From NCBI GenBank assembly GCA_014193395.1, contig BJHT01000007.1, positions 1,005-65,004 of the forward strand: a stretch of 64,000 bases of DNA, given 5' to 3'. This document shows positions 54,131 through 62,753 of this stretch, piece by piece. Made by a program: the position numbers and the translations under genes. The stretch's first letter is position 1. Each line of letters starts with the position of its first letter. This DNA comes from Verrucomicrobiota bacterium. Its GTDB lineage: Bacteria; Verrucomicrobiota; Verrucomicrobiia; Limisphaerales; BJHT01. The notes under the pieces are model-generated. The model was not told the origin of the DNA, searched no databases, and saw only the letters and a list, made by a program, of their open reading frames with translations.

Positions 54131-55579
54131 ATGAGCCACGGCCCGTTCATCAAGGCGCGGATGCACGGCGGGGGCGAGATCGTCTTCCACAGCGAGCCGC
54201 TCGCGTCGGGCGGCGAGAAGGTCGTGTTCAAATCGCAGGAGGGAAAACACGTCGTCGGCTTTTTCTTCGGCCAGCTCGATGACCGCCCCGAGCGTCTGCG
54301 CCGGCTCGAGAAAATCATCGGCTCCTACAATCCCACCACCGGCGGCGCGCAGGCCGAGCACTGGCTGAAACATTTCTGCTGGCCCGTCGGCGTCGTGGAC
54401 GGCACGCAAAACAAGCTGCCCGCCGAATGGCTGCGCCGGAACAATCTCCACGCGCCCGTGCTCGGCGTGGTCGCGCCGGTCTATCGGGCGAACTTTTTCT
54501 TCCGCGACCGCACTGGCGAGCTGCGCGAGAAAAAAGGCAAGTGGTTCACCGGCGTGAAGGCGCGCAAGCTCCTGCCCGATTCCGAGAAGGGCGATTTTCT
54601 CCGCTATTTGCAGGTCTGTTCCGTGATGGCCAGCGCGGTGCGGCGGCTGCATTACGCGGGCCTCGCGCACGCCGACCTCTCGCACAACAACGTGCTCATC
54701 GACCCCAAGGGCGGCGACGCGTGCGTGATCGACATCGACTCGCTCGTCGTGCCCGGCCTCGCGCCGCCGACCGTGCTGGGCACGCCCGGCTACATCGCGC
54801 CCGAAGTCGTCGCGGGTAAAAAACTGCCGTCCATCGAGACCGACCAACACGCGCTCGCCGTGCTCCTCTACGAAACGCTGCTCCAGCGCCATCCCCTCCA
54901 CGGTCCAAAAATCCATACGACGCGCTCCGCCGAAGAAGACGATCTGTTGATGATGGGCGCGCGCGCCCTCTACATCGAGCATCCCACGGACTTTTCGAAT
55001 CATCCCAAGACGCCGCCCGCCATTTCCGTGCGCCGGCTCGGGCCGTATCTGGAAAAACTTTTTCTCAAAACGTTCGCGGAGGGCCTGCACCAGCCCGCAC
55101 GCCGCGCCACGGCGACCGAGTGGGAAAAGGCTTTGTCGAAAACCTTCGACCTCCTGCACCCGTCGCCTGCGGGCGGCGAATGGTTCGTGCTCGACCGCAA
55201 CCTGCCGATGATCTGCCCGCACAGCGGCCAGCGCCTCACGCAGCCGGTGCCGTATGTGGATTTTTATCGCGAGACGAGCACCGGGGCTTACTCCGATGAA
55301 AACCACTCGCTGACCCTGTGGAACGGCCTGCATCTCTACAAGTGGCACACCCTCGCCAACGTCTCGCCCCACGACGCCGAGCGCACGTCACAGGGCTACT
55401 TCACCTTCCACAACCGGCGCTGGTATCTCGTGAACCAGAGCGGTGCCGACATGTGGCTGCCCGACGCCCAGCGCTTCGTCCCGCACGGCGCGGCCGAGCC
55501 GATCACGCAGGGATTGAAGGTGCTGTTCTCCCTCGAAGAAGGCCGCCGGCTGGGCATCTTCAACTTCATGAAACCGTAG
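54131..55579 (+). CDS. Ser/Thr protein kinase-like protein with a C-terminal ~135-aa uncharacterised beta-rich domain
   Basis: Track ORF 54071..55579. Start moved to MSHGPF because the first 20 codons lie in a palindromic repeat. It has the catalytic loop HADLSHNNVLID, VIDIDS (DFG equivalent) and GTPGYIAPE. Confidence 0.75.
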   Translation: MSHGPFIKARMHGGGEIVFHSEPLASGGEKVVFKSQEGKHVVGFFFGQLDDRPERLRRLEKIIGSYNPTTGGAQAEHWLKHFCWPVGVVDGTQNKLPAEWLRRNNLHAPVLGVVAPVYRANFFFRDRTGELREKKGKWFTGVKARKLLPDSEKGDFLRYLQVCSVMASAVRRLHYAGLAHADLSHNNVLIDPKGGDACVIDIDSLVVPGLAPPTVLGTPGYIAPEVVAGKKLPSIETDQHALAVLLYETLLQRHPLHGPKIHTTRSAEEDDLLMMGARALYIEHPTDFSNHPKTPPAISVRRLGPYLEKLFLKTFAEGLHQPARRATATEWEKALSKTFDLLHPSPAGGEWFVLDRNLPMICPHSGQRLTQPVPYVDFYRETSTGAYSDENHSLTLWNGLHLYKWHTLANVSPHDAERTSQGYFTFHNRRWYLVNQSGADMWLPDAQRFVPHGAAEPITQGLKVLFSLEEGRRLGIFNFMKP

Positions 55580-55864
55580 TCCGCCGCAGCCCACCCGAAG
55601 GCGCGGCCGGAGCGATCGCACCGATTCCAGGCGAGGTCCACGGGCGGCGGCTGAGGTTGCACACTCCAACGTGTTCCGGGGCAGCGCCGGGCTGGCTCCC
55701 GCGCCGTTTCATTCTCGGAGGGCAGTGTCGGCCAAGCACCCGCGATGGATAGAAAGGGTTGCCGTTGCCAACCGAATGGAGCGCCGGGGGCCGACAAATT
55801 AAGGCGTGTGTTTGACAAGCAATGGCGAGCGGGGCGGGCGGGCTGTGGTTACAAAAGTACGCAA

Positions 55865-56800
55865 ATGCCAGCAGCAACTATCAACCACCACCCCCTGCCG
55901 GAGTCCGGCTCGGTCCCGGCCGCCGCGAGGGGCGGGGCCGCGCTCGCGGGCGCCGCCACGGTGGCGGGACCGTTGAGCGTTCCGTTGGATTTCGTCGGCA
56001 ACGGTCTGGTCAGTCTCTACATGTCGTCGCGCGCGGGCGGCCTGGCGATTGATGTGAATCTGAATCCCGACGGGCGGTGCAATTTCAACTGCGCCTATTG
56101 TGCCGTGGATCGCTCGCAGTTGTCGCGCGAGCCGGTGGTGGACGTGGACCGGCTCGCTCGGGAATTGCGGGAGTTGCTCGCCTTGGTGCATTCCGACCGG
56201 ATTCAGCAGCAGGCCGGTTTTCAAAATCTGCCGCCGGAGTTGCGCCGGCTGCGGATGGTGGCGTTGTCGGGGGATGGCGAGCCGACGTTGTCGCCGGTGT
56301 TCTGCGAGGCGGTCGAGACGGTGGTGCATGTGCGCGCGCTCGGGGGCTGGCCGTTCTTCAAACTGGTGCTCGTGACCAACGCCTCGGCGCTGGACCAGCC
56401 GCGCGTCCAGCAGGGCCTCCAGCATTTCACGCGGCAGGATGAAATCTGGGCCAAGCTCGACGCCGGCACGCAGGCGTTTTTCGAACGCTTCAATCGCGCG
56501 TCCGACACGCTCGAACATGTGCTGCGCAACATCCTGCTCGTGGCGAAGGAGCGGCCGGTGGTCATCCAATCGCTCTTCGCCCGGATGCGCGGGCAGAACC
56601 CGCCCGCCTCCGAGGTGCTGGAATACATCGCCCGCCTCCAGGAGTTGCAGGCGGCGGGCGCGCAGATTTCATCCGTCCAGATCTATTCGGCGAACCAGCC
56701 GACGCCGAATGCGGAATGCACGCATCTCTCGCTGCCCGCGCTCTCCGGTATCGCGCGACAGGTCCGCACGGCGACGGGTCTGCGGGTGACGGTGCATTGA
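55865..56800 (+). CDS. Radical SAM protein (subfamily not recognised)
   Basis: Track ORF 55745..56800. It has the CxxxCxxC cluster motif CNFNCAYC and the SAM-binding-like LSGDGEPTL. The start at 55865 (MPAATINHH) is uncertain. Confidence 0.7.
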   Translation: MPAATINHHPLPESGSVPAAARGGAALAGAATVAGPLSVPLDFVGNGLVSLYMSSRAGGLAIDVNLNPDGRCNFNCAYCAVDRSQLSREPVVDVDRLARELRELLALVHSDRIQQQAGFQNLPPELRRLRMVALSGDGEPTLSPVFCEAVETVVHVRALGGWPFFKLVLVTNASALDQPRVQQGLQHFTRQDEIWAKLDAGTQAFFERFNRASDTLEHVLRNILLVAKERPVVIQSLFARMRGQNPPASEVLEYIARLQELQAAGAQISSVQIYSANQPTPNAECTHLSLPALSGIARQVRTATGLRVTVH

Positions 56801-56920
56801 GTGCGGGTCTCGCGGTGATGCGGCGCGGTGGAGTTTTGCGCACGCAGGTCTGGCCCAAAATCAAGCGGCTGGCGCTGGAAATACCACCTGTCAGCTCGTC
56901 ATCCGACTTGAGAAGTTGAT

Positions 56921-56988
56921 GGTAAAAAATGAGGGGTAAAAGATGGGAACTACCTGCTGACTTTTTCTTTTACCCACCGTCTTTTACC
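56921..56988. repeat. AT-rich inverted repeat (GGTAAAAAATGAGGGGTAAAAG / CTTTTACCCACCGTCTTTTACC)
   Basis: 22-nt imperfect arms separated by 24 nt. Locally much more AT-rich than the surroundings. It lies between the radical SAM stop and the clpC terminator. Confidence 0.6.
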
Positions 56989-57045
56989 AAAGCTGCCTTC
57001 ATCCCCCACCATCGGGGGCAAACGCGGAACTGCCTCCTCCCCGCC

Positions 57046-57084
57046 AGAAACAAAAAAGGCCGGTTGCCAGAGCGGCAACCGGCC
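57046..57084 (-). terminator. Rho-independent terminator of clpC
   Basis: Twenty nt after the clpC stop, the reverse strand reads GGCCGGTTGCC-gctct-GGCAACCGGCC followed by TTTTTTGTTT (11-bp GC stem plus T-run). Confidence 0.65.
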
Positions 57085-57104
57085 GGAAGTCCCGCAAATA
57101 AACC

Positions 57105-59600
57105 TCAGGTCAACACCGCGCCCTCGGCGGCGGCGGCCTTCTGTTTGAAGACCAGCTTGCCGTCCGCGACCGTGACCTCGATCGGGTCGTTGTCGTGGAG
57201 GCTGCCGCGCAGAATTTCCTCGGCCAGCGGGTCTTCGAGGTAACGTTCGACCGCGCGCCGCATCGGTCGCGCGCCGTAAACGGGGTCGTTGCCCTTCTCG
57301 ACGAGGAAGTCTTTGGCCTTGGCATCGAGCACAAGGACGATCTTCCGGGACTTGAGGCGCTGGGTGACCTTCTCCACCTCGAGCACGAGGATCTGTTCGA
57401 GTTCCGGCTTGGCCAGTGAATGGAACACGAGGATGTCGTCGAGGCGGTTGAGGAACTCGGGCCGGAACGCCTTCTTGGCTTCGTCGAGAATCTTCTCGCG
57501 CATCCGTTCGTAGCCGCCTTCGTCACGCGAGGAACCGAAACCGATCGTGGAATTTTTGCGGATCGTTTCAGCGCCGACGTTGGAGGTGAGCAGGATGACG
57601 GTGTTACGGAAGTCGATCACGCGGCCCATGCTGTCGGTGAGTTTCCCGTCTTCGAGAATCTGCAGGAGCATGTTCATCACGTCGGGATGGGCCTTCTCGA
57701 TTTCGTCGAAGAGCACGACGGAATAGGGCTTGCGGCGCACCTGTTCGGTGAGCTGCCCACCGTCCTCGAAACCGACATAGCCGGGCGGGGAACCGATCAG
57801 GCGCGAGACGGTGAACTTTTCCATGTACTCGCTCATGTCGAGCTGGATGAGCGACTTGGAGTCGCCGAACATGGATTCGGCCAGCGTCTTGGCGAGGAGC
57901 GTTTTGCCGACGCCGGTGGGTCCGAGCAGGGCGAAGGTGCCGATGGGGCGCTTGGGATCCTTGAGGTCGGCGCGCGAGCGGCGCAGCGCCTTGCAGAGCG
58001 CGACGACGGCGTCTTTCTGGCCGATGACCACGCGCTCCAACTCGGTTTCCATCGCGAGGAGCCGGCTGATTTCGTCCTTCTCCATGCGCTTGAGCGGAAT
58101 GCCGGTCCACTTGGCGACGACCTGGAGAATTTCCTCCTCGTCCACGGTCACGCGTTTTTCGTCGCGCGAGGTTTTCCACGCGGCGAGCACGGCTTCGAGT
58201 TTGTCCTTGGCCTGTTTTTCCAAGTCGCGCATCGCGGCCGCGCCCTCGAAATCCTGCTCGCGGATCGAGCGTTCCTTGCGGGTTTTGATGTCCTCGATTT
58301 CCGCCTCGATGGTTTTCACATCCGGCGGGCGGGTCATGGCGTTGATGCGCGCGCGGGCACCGGCTTCGTCCAGCACGTCGATGGCCTTGTCGGGCAGGAA
58401 GCGATTGGTGATGTAACGGTCGGAAAGGCGCACGGCGGAATCGACCGCCTTGTCGGTGAACTCGGCCTTGTGGTGGTCTTCGTATTTTGACCGCAGACCT
58501 TTCAAAATCTGGATCGCCTCCTCGATGGTCGGCGCTTCGACTTTCACCGTCTGGAAGCGGCGTTCGAGGGCGGCGTCCTTCTCGATGTATTTGCGATACT
58601 CGTTGAGCGTCGTCGCGCCAATGCACTGCATTTCGCCACGGCTGAGCGCAGGCTTGATGATGTTCGAGGCGTCCATCGTGCCCTCGGCCGAGCCGGCGCC
58701 GACGATGGTGTGCAACTCGTCGATGAAGAGGAGGATGTTCTTGGCGCGGCGGATTTCATCCATCACCGCCTTGATCCGTTCCTCGAACTGTCCGCGGTAC
58801 TTGGTGCCGGCGACCATCAGCGCGAGGTCGAGCGTGATCACGCGTTTTTCGCGGAGAATCTCGGGGACGTTGCCGCGGGCGATTTCCTGCGCGAGACCTT
58901 CGACGATGGCCGTCTTGCCCACACCCGCTTCGCCGAGCAACACGGGGTTGTTCTTGGTGCGGCGGCAAAGGATTTGGATGACCCGCTCGATCTCGTTCTT
59001 GCGGCCGATGACGGGGTCCATCTCGCCTTTGCGGGCGATCTCGGTGAGGTCGCGGCCGAAGGCCTTGAGCGCGGGCGTTTTGGTTTCGCCCTTCTTGTCG
59101 GCGGGCTTGTCGCCGGATTCGCCGGCGGGTTGCTCCTCCTGGCTGTTAAAATTGGGATCGAGTTCCTTCAGGATTTCCTGCCGGGCCTGCTCGATGTCCA
59201 CGTCGAGATTCTTGAGCACGCGCGCGGCGACGCCTTCGCCCTCGCGCAAGAGACCGAGCAGAATGTGCTCGGTGCCGACGTAGGTGTGGTTGAGCGCCTT
59301 GGCTTCCTTGGCGGCGAGATTGAGCACTTTCTTGACGCGCGGCGTGTAGGGGATGTTGCCGACCTGCTTCTGATCGGGGCCGGTGCCGACCTGCTTCTCG
59401 ACCTCGAGACGCACGGTGTCGAGGTCCATGCCGAGGCGTTGGAGGACGTTCACGGCGACGCCCTGCCCCAGCTTGATCAGGCCCAGCAACAGGTGCTCGG
59501 TGCCGACAAAATTATGGTTGAAACGGTCGGCCTCTTTCCGCGCCAGTGCCAAAACTTGTTGGGCACGCGGGGTGAAGTTGCTCATTGATTCTTCGCTCAT
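57105..59600 (-). CDS. clpC: ATP-dependent Clp protease ATP-binding subunit ClpC (class I AAA+)
   Basis: Track ORF 57105..59702. It has Clp_N repeats, two Walker A motifs ([16 protein letters not shown]) and a UVR-like middle domain. Start at 59600 ([15 protein letters not shown]) or 59585. Confidence 0.92.
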   Translation of the reverse strand: MSEESMSNFTPRAQQVLALARKEADRFNHNFVGTEHLLLGLIKLGQGVAVNVLQRLGMDLDTVRLEVEKQVGTGPDQKQVGNIPYTPRVKKVLNLAAKEAKALNHTYVGTEHILLGLLREGEGVAARVLKNLDVDIEQARQEILKELDPNFNSQEEQPAGESGDKPADKKGETKTPALKAFGRDLTEIARKGEMDPVIGRKNEIERVIQILCRRTKNNPVLLGEAGVGKTAIVEGLAQEIARGNVPEILREKRVITLDLALMVAGTKYRGQFEERIKAVMDEIRRAKNILLFIDELHTIVGAGSAEGTMDASNIIKPALSRGEMQCIGATTLNEYRKYIEKDAALERRFQTVKVEAPTIEEAIQILKGLRSKYEDHHKAEFTDKAVDSAVRLSDRYITNRFLPDKAIDVLDEAGARARINAMTRPPDVKTIEAEIEDIKTRKERSIREQDFEGAAAMRDLEKQAKDKLEAVLAAWKTSRDEKRVTVDEEEILQVVAKWTGIPLKRMEKDEISRLLAMETELERVVIGQKDAVVALCKALRRSRADLKDPKRPIGTFALLGPTGVGKTLLAKTLAESMFGDSKSLIQLDMSEYMEKFTVSRLIGSPPGYVGFEDGGQLTEQVRRKPYSVVLFDEIEKAHPDVMNMLLQILEDGKLTDSMGRVIDFRNTVILLTSNVGAETIRKNSTIGFGSSRDEGGYERMREKILDEAKKAFRPEFLNRLDDILVFHSLAKPELEQILVLEVEKVTQRLKSRKIVLVLDAKAKDFLVEKGNDPVYGARPMRRAVERYLEDPLAEEILRGSLHDNDPIEVTVADGKLVFKQKAAAAEGAVLT

Positions 59601-59612
59601 AGATCGAAATTG

Positions 59613-59634
59613 CTTTTGTCCCGTAGTTTTGTCC
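59613..59634 (-). promoter_or_regulatory. Direct repeat GGACAAAA-N5-GGACAAAA immediately upstream of clpC (CtsR-operator look-alike)
   Basis: The reverse strand reads GGACAAAActacgGGACAAAAg, 14-35 nt upstream of the ATG at 59600. Confidence 0.25.
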
Positions 59635-59942
59635 AGCACCCGTCCGCGAAAAGATTTTTCGTTGTCTCGCCACGACTCGCCCCACCGCGCCGCGAGACCC
59701 AAAAGGGGTTCGATTCACTATCGTACCTTTGCGTGGGGAGATTAAGGAATAACCCGCGCCGGACGCGATTCTGTGGGCATCCGCACCGGAGCTCCGGCGC
59801 GCGGCCTTCAGGCCGCAGAGACGTCCGCTCAACAAAGAAGCCAACACGATAAGCCCAAAGCTTCGGTGCCGACGCACGCGTCTGCGCGTTAACGCCGCGC
59901 TCCGGGGGCGGCGCGCTCCGCGCGGCCATGCTCACCCGCCGC

Positions 59943-61040
59943 TCACTCCGTCATCGGCGGCGGCGCGACGTTTTTGTAGTTGGGCCGTTTCACGTCCTGC
60001 AGACGCTCGCGCAGCATGTCGGCGCGCCGGAGGTCGCGTTCCTCGGGGGCCAGTTTGTCCCCGAACAGCTTCTGCAAATGGAACGGCTGCGTGGTCAGGA
60101 ACAGTTCATCGACGAGCGCGCGCTCGACGCCGGGGAAGAGCGAAAGATCAATGCCCAGCCGCATCAGCGAAAGGAGATTCATCGTCTCCTTCGAGGAAAT
60201 GCTGTGCGCGTTGGCGAGGATGCCGTAGGCGCGGCCGATGTGATTGAACATCACCTTGGGCTTCTTCTCGACCAGCATGGCGCGGGCGTTTTCCTCGTGC
60301 TCGATGATCTGCTGCAGGACCTTGTTGATGCGGTCGAGAATGTCCGTCTCGGACTCACCGAGGGTCATCTGATTCGAGACCTGGAAGATGTTCCCCAGCG
60401 CCTCAGTACCTTCACCATACAGGCCGCGCACGGCGTGGCCGAGCTTGGTGACGGCGGTGATGATCTGGTTGATCTGCTCGGACAGCACGAGGCCCGGCAG
60501 ATGTAACATCGCGCTGACACGAATGCCCGTGCCGAGATTGGTCGGGCAGGCGGTGAGATAGCCGAGTTCCTGCGAGTAAGCGTAGGGCAGCGTTTTTTCG
60601 AGCTGGCTGTCCACTTCGTCAATCGCCTGCCAGGCGTGCTTGAGCTGGAGGCCGGGCCGCAGCGCCTGCATGCGCAGATGATCCTCTTCATTGATCATAA
60701 CCGAGATCGTCTCCTCACGATTGAGCACCAAGCCGCTGCCCGCGCTCTTGGCCGCGTGCTCGCGGCTGATGAGATGCCGCTCGACGAGAATCTGCTTCTC
60801 GAGCTGGCTGAGATTATCCATCGCGTCGGCAAAGTGATCAGCCATCTGCGGCAGGGTCTCGACCGCGGGGCGGATGATGCCGAGGGACTTGACGCGCTCG
60901 GTTTTCTTGGCCCAACCGGGAAACGCCAGCCCCGTGAGATTGCGCGCCAGCCGGACGCGGCTCGACATCACGATGCGGTCGTGCGGGCCGGTGCGTTTGC
61001 TCGCTTCGGCGGGGGAAATCAAAAAGTCGTGAATGCTCAT
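59943..61040 (-). CDS. mcsB: Protein arginine kinase McsB (ATP:guanido phosphotransferase)
   Basis: Part of track ORF 59943..61340 from MSIHDFL. It has SSRVRLARN, NEEDHLRMQ and CPTNLGTG motifs. Confidence 0.88.
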   Translation of the reverse strand: MSIHDFLISPAEASKRTGPHDRIVMSSRVRLARNLTGLAFPGWAKKTERVKSLGIIRPAVETLPQMADHFADAMDNLSQLEKQILVERHLISREHAAKSAGSGLVLNREETISVMINEEDHLRMQALRPGLQLKHAWQAIDEVDSQLEKTLPYAYSQELGYLTACPTNLGTGIRVSAMLHLPGLVLSEQINQIITAVTKLGHAVRGLYGEGTEALGNIFQVSNQMTLGESETDILDRINKVLQQIIEHEENARAMLVEKKPKVMFNHIGRAYGILANAHSISSKETMNLLSLMRLGIDLSLFPGVERALVDELFLTTQPFHLQKLFGDKLAPEERDLRRADMLRERLQDVKRPNYKNVAPPPMTE

Positions 61041-61045
61041 GGGCG

Positions 61046-61561
61046 TCAGGAGGGGGCGTTTTCGCTGAGCTTGTGTTTGGCCATCTTGATCTCGTCGCGC
61101 AGGATGGCGGCCTGCTCGAAGTTTTCCGCGGCGATGGCCTGGTCGAGCTTCTGGTGCAGCGCCTTGAGCTGCGCCGAATAATCCCGCGTTTGCTTCTGCG
61201 CCTGCGGCACCTTGCCGACATGACGCACACCCTTGTGCATCGACTTGAGCAGTGATCCCAGACTGTCCGCGAAGGTTTCGTAACACGCCGCGCAGCCGAG
61301 CCGGCCGGATTTCTTGAAGTCCGCGTGCGAGAAACCGCACTGCGGGCAGGTCACCTGCGACGTCTCCTCCGCCACCGCCGGCGTGGCGTCCTGCGCTGCG
61401 CCGAGGCCGAGCAGCAAATCCGCCAGCGAAAACCCCGTGGGATCATCGACGCCCTTGGCCTTCGAGCACGCCTCGCACAGGTCGATCTTCTTCGTGACCC
61501 CTTCCACGATCTGCGTCAGGTGGACCTTCGCCTCAATCTGCTTGCACACGTCACACAGCAT
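61046..61561 (-). CDS. mcsA: McsA-like activator of protein arginine kinase (Cys-rich zinc-binding repeats + UVR motif)
   Basis: 171 aa. It has two CxxC...CxxC pairs (CDVC..CEAC; CPQC..CAAC) and a C-terminal UVR-like segment ENFEQAAILRDEI. Confidence 0.82.
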   Translation of the reverse strand: MLCDVCKQIEAKVHLTQIVEGVTKKIDLCEACSKAKGVDDPTGFSLADLLLGLGAAQDATPAVAEETSQVTCPQCGFSHADFKKSGRLGCAACYETFADSLGSLLKSMHKGVRHVGKVPQAQKQTRDYSAQLKALHQKLDQAIAAENFEQAAILRDEIKMAKHKLSENAPS

Positions 61562-61570
61562 ACTCGCGCC

Positions 61571-62437
61571 TTATATCGGTTCGCCGGACACCTGCGTCAA
61601 CGCGTGGTACCGGGTGATCAAATCTTTCGTCACCGGCCCCGGCGTGCCGGTCCCGATCACGCGCCCGTCGATCTTCACCACGGGAATCACCTCCGCGCCC
61701 GTGCCCGTGAGAAAGCACTCGTCGGCATTGAACAAATCATACCGCGTCAGGTTCGGCTCGCTGACCGTCAACCCGGCGTCGCGCGCCAGATCCATGCACA
61801 CGCCGCGCGTGATGCCATACAACGCGCCCGCCGACAGCGGCGGCGTCTGGAGTGTCTTGCCCTTCACGATGAACAAATTGTCGCCCGTGCATTCCGCCAC
61901 GTAGCCCTCGGAGTTGAGCATGATGGCCTCTTCGACCCCCGCGTTGTTCGCTTCGATCTTCGCCAGAATGTTGTTCAGATAATTCAGCGACTTGATCGCG
62001 GGATTCACCGCGTTGTGCAGATTGCGCGTCGTCGCCACCGTCACGATGTCCATTCCCTTCGCGTACAACTCCGCCGGATAAAGCTGAATCTTCCCGGCGA
62101 TGATGATCACCGTCGGGTTTTTGCAGCGGTTCGGGTTGAGGCCCAGCGTGCCGATGCCGCGCGTGACCACCAGCCGGATGTAGCCGTCGCGCAGCCCGTT
62201 CTCGCGGCACGTCTCGACCGTCGCGCGCATGATGTCCGCGTGCGACATCGGCAGCGTCAGCAGAATCGCCTTGGCGGAATAGAACAGCCGGTCGATGTGC
62301 TCCTTGAGCCGGAAGACGCGGCCGTTGTAAATCCGGATCCCCTCGAACACGCCGTCGCCGTAGAGCAGGCCGTGATCGAACACGGAGATCTTGGCCGCGT
62401 GTTCGTCGTAAAATTTTCCGTCGATATAGACTTTCAT
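61571..62437 (-). CDS. ilvE: Branched-chain amino acid aminotransferase (class IV PLP)
   Basis: 288 aa with FDHGLLYGDGVFEGIR and the class IV pattern throughout. Confidence 0.88.
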   Translation of the reverse strand: MKVYIDGKFYDEHAAKISVFDHGLLYGDGVFEGIRIYNGRVFRLKEHIDRLFYSAKAILLTLPMSHADIMRATVETCRENGLRDGYIRLVVTRGIGTLGLNPNRCKNPTVIIIAGKIQLYPAELYAKGMDIVTVATTRNLHNAVNPAIKSLNYLNNILAKIEANNAGVEEAIMLNSEGYVAECTGDNLFIVKGKTLQTPPLSAGALYGITRGVCMDLARDAGLTVSEPNLTRYDLFNADECFLTGTGAEVIPVVKIDGRVIGTGTPGPVTKDLITRYHALTQVSGEPI

Positions 62438-62550
62438 TCCAGTAAAGGCCGCGAACAGTAAGGGAACGTTTCCGGTGAGTGCAACAAGTTAGAAAAAACG
62501 ACCGCCGCTGTGGAGAGCGCGATGTTTTTGGAGGCGAAGCGCAGCGGGCG

Positions 62551-62745
62551 AAGAGCTCAAAGTTCAAAGCTCAAAGCTCAAAGAAAATTCCAAGCGCCAA
62601 GCTCCAGCGGAAGCACACGGTTCCCGTCTCCAATTCAGCATCGGCACCTTGTCCAAGGGATCTCCAGACACACGGCGACTACGGCCAATTGATCCTTGAT
62701 CCTTGGCCATTCCCTTGAGCTTTGCGCTTTATCCTTGGAGCTTCC
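62551..62745. repeat. Repeat family D, full palindromic copy
   Basis: AAGAGCTCAAAGTTCAAAGCTCAAAGCTCAAAG ... CCCTTGAGCTTTGCGCTTTATCCTTGGAGCTTCC. Confidence 0.85.
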
Positions 62746-62753
62746 CCCCCGGG

